From contig JBGOZE010000003.1 of assembly GCA_041479965.1 (NCBI GenBank), positions 1 through 46,681 of the forward strand: DNA of 46,681 bases, in the 5' to 3' direction. The notes below the pieces were generated by a model that was given only the letters and a program-made list of their open reading frames with translations, did no database searches and was not told the DNA's origin. Source of the stretch: Candidatus Nanoarchaeia archaeon. Lineage in GTDB: Archaea; Nanobdellota; Nanobdellia; Woesearchaeales; SM23-78. Position 1 is the first letter of the stretch, and every line of letters begins with the position of its first letter. A program made the translations under genes and the position numbers. Of this stretch, positions 44,598 to 46,681 are shown piece by piece.

Positions 44598-46655
44598 ATG
44601 GCAATAGAACGACTTACAAAAGAACAAGCCAAAGCAGAGATAAAAGGAATTATAGATAATTTCAAAGCCAATTATCAGCAGCATAAAAAAGAACTTGAAG
44701 CAAATACGGAAACCAAACTTGTAGAACCGTTATTTGAAGCGCTCGGATGGACTAAAGACGATTTTGTAAAAAGAGAGAAAACTTATCGGGGAAAGAAAAC
44801 AGGATATGGTGATTACGCTTTCAAAATAGGAGATAAAATTGTTTTCTTTTTAGAAGTAAAAAGATTAGGTATTTCGCTTGAAAAAGAAGCAGACAAGCAA
44901 GTAATTTCATATGCTTTATCAAAAAGAGTTCCTTTTGCGGTTTCAACAAATTTTGAAGAATTAAACATATTCTGTGTTGAGCAAGAAAACGCTCTTCATA
45001 ACAAATTCCGAGTTTTCAGAAGCCCAGACGATTACATCAACAATTTCGATGACTTCTTTTTCTTATCCAAAGAAAGCTTTGAACAAAACCTCATACTAAA
45101 AAAAGCAGAAGACGAAGGAAGGTTAAAAAGAAGAGCATCTATTGACAAAATCCTTCTTGAAGACTTAATGCTCATAAGAAAACTCATATCAAACGATATT
45201 GAAAAAAGGTATCCTGACAAATATCAAATTAATGAGAAAGACGAGATAGTACAAAGGATACTCAACAGGCTCATATTCATAAGGAGCTGTGAAGACAAAG
45301 GTATAAACCCTGAAGATGTTCTGATTGAGGAGATAAAGCACCTGCCACACAACAAATGCTATCCAAAACTTAAAGGCATATTTGAGAAATACAATGAAGT
45401 TTACAATTCCGGGCTTTTTGCTATTGCCAAAGACAATGATTGCGACTTAATAAACATCGATGGCGAAATAATACAAAAGTTAGCCTACTATCTTTACGAG
45501 TCAAAAGACCAAGAGTACATATATGATTTTGACTGGATTGATGCTGACGTTCTCGGGCAAATATACGAGCAATATCTTGGTAAAATCCTCTCCCAAACAA
45601 AATCTGGAAGAAGCAAGCTAAAAGACGGTCAGGCTCACAGGAAAGAGCAAGGAATCTATTATACTCCCACTTACATTGTTGATTATATAGTCAAGAATAC
45701 TCTTGGTGAATTACTTAAAGAAAAGAAAATAAAGTCTTCTGAGATTAAAATCTTAGATCTTGCCTGCGGAAGCGGAAGTTTCCTGATAAAGGCATTTGAT
45801 TATCTTGCTGGCAAACTTGGAGCGACTGAAGAAGCTAAACAGCAAAGGATAGATTCGCAAGGGAACTACTCCGTCAAAACTCAAATACTCAAAAGCAATA
45901 TTTACGGTGTTGATTTAGATAATAAAGCCGTAGAGATTACAAAACTTAACTTGCTCTTAAAAGCAGCCGAGAAGAACAGAAAACTACCTGAAGAACTCGA
46001 CCTTCATGTAAGGCACGGAAACTCATTAATCGATGACGAAGCGATAGCAGGATTAACAGCATTCAAATGGGCAGGAGACTTTGCAGAAGGAAGCTTTGAT
46101 ATCGTGATAGGAAATCCTCCTTACATTAGAAGCCGAAACTTATTAAATCAAGATAGATCATATTTTTCAAAAAATTATGCTTCTGCCTTTAGAACATTCG
46201 ATATTTATCTTTTCTTTTTAGAGAAAAGTATAGCATTATTAAAAAAAGGAGGATATTTTGGTTTTATAATTCCGTATTCCTTCTTGAATCAACCTTACGC
46301 AACTAAACTAAGAAAAATAATTCTAGATTCCTGTCAGATTGTAGAGATAGTCGACTTGTCGGAATTTAAAGTTTTTCAAGATGCTGAAGTGCGAAATTGC
46401 ATAGTTATTTGCAGACACACTAAAAGCAATAAAGAAGCAGTTAAATCTTCATTTGTAAACGGACAGATAAAAAAAATAGAAACAATAGATACAAAATTGT
46501 TTTTAAAAAATTCAGATTTTATGTATAAATTAGAGATTACGAAAGAAAATCGACCGCTTCTAATGAAAATTCAACAAAACACCATTAATTTAATTTATAT
46601 TTTTTATTTATGTTATGGTTTGTTATTATTTGTTATATACAGTGTGAAATATTAA
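44598..46655 (+). CDS. Type IIG restriction-modification enzyme (endonuclease plus N6-adenine methyltransferase), C-terminally truncated
   Basis: GDY...EVK nuclease motif, GIYYTP, LDLACGSG, IGNPPY; low GC; target-recognition domain missing. Confidence 0.88.
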   Translation: MAIERLTKEQAKAEIKGIIDNFKANYQQHKKELEANTETKLVEPLFEALGWTKDDFVKREKTYRGKKTGYGDYAFKIGDKIVFFLEVKRLGISLEKEADKQVISYALSKRVPFAVSTNFEELNIFCVEQENALHNKFRVFRSPDDYINNFDDFFFLSKESFEQNLILKKAEDEGRLKRRASIDKILLEDLMLIRKLISNDIEKRYPDKYQINEKDEIVQRILNRLIFIRSCEDKGINPEDVLIEEIKHLPHNKCYPKLKGIFEKYNEVYNSGLFAIAKDNDCDLINIDGEIIQKLAYYLYESKDQEYIYDFDWIDADVLGQIYEQYLGKILSQTKSGRSKLKDGQAHRKEQGIYYTPTYIVDYIVKNTLGELLKEKKIKSSEIKILDLACGSGSFLIKAFDYLAGKLGATEEAKQQRIDSQGNYSVKTQILKSNIYGVDLDNKAVEITKLNLLLKAAEKNRKLPEELDLHVRHGNSLIDDEAIAGLTAFKWAGDFAEGSFDIVIGNPPYIRSRNLLNQDRSYFSKNYASAFRTFDIYLFFLEKSIALLKKGGYFGFIIPYSFLNQPYATKLRKIILDSCQIVEIVDLSEFKVFQDAEVRNCIVICRHTKSNKEAVKSSFVNGQIKKIETIDTKLFLKNSDFMYKLEITKENRPLLMKIQQNTINLIYIFYLCYGLLLFVIYSVKY

Positions 46656-46681
46656 TATGTTTTGATTTTTTTTCAATTTAA

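Overview
Archaeal chromosomal window, most likely DPANN (Woesearchaeota-like). The evidence is TATA promoters with many leaderless genes, GAGGTGA ribosome-binding sites, BHB-intron tRNAs, archaeal RfcL/GlyRS/YchF/Mre11, and bacterial-type AspRS, class II Fba and ROK kinase. Contents: two Ig-repeat surface proteins; three tRNAs (Trp, Gly, Phe) carrying four introns, two of them in the D-loop; ychF, rfcL, glyS and glgP; a secretion/pilus-like cluster (large VirB11/FlaI-type ATPase, GspF/TadC-like platform, two coiled-coil proteins, three paralogous membrane proteins, no pilin); a large mosaic surface glycoprotein with an in-frame low-GC segment; an MBL-aspS-ybaK-asnS operon; a macrodomain gene and mre11; fba-ROK; a six-gene vWA/MoxR/DUF58 operon; a toxin-antitoxin cluster with operators and hairpin direct repeats; and a truncated type IIG restriction-modification gene at the window end. 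A dispersed family of nested AT-armed palindromes occurs in intergenic DNA and 5' UTRs and in one broken gene. All calls come from reading the sequence; no database searches or folding programs were run.
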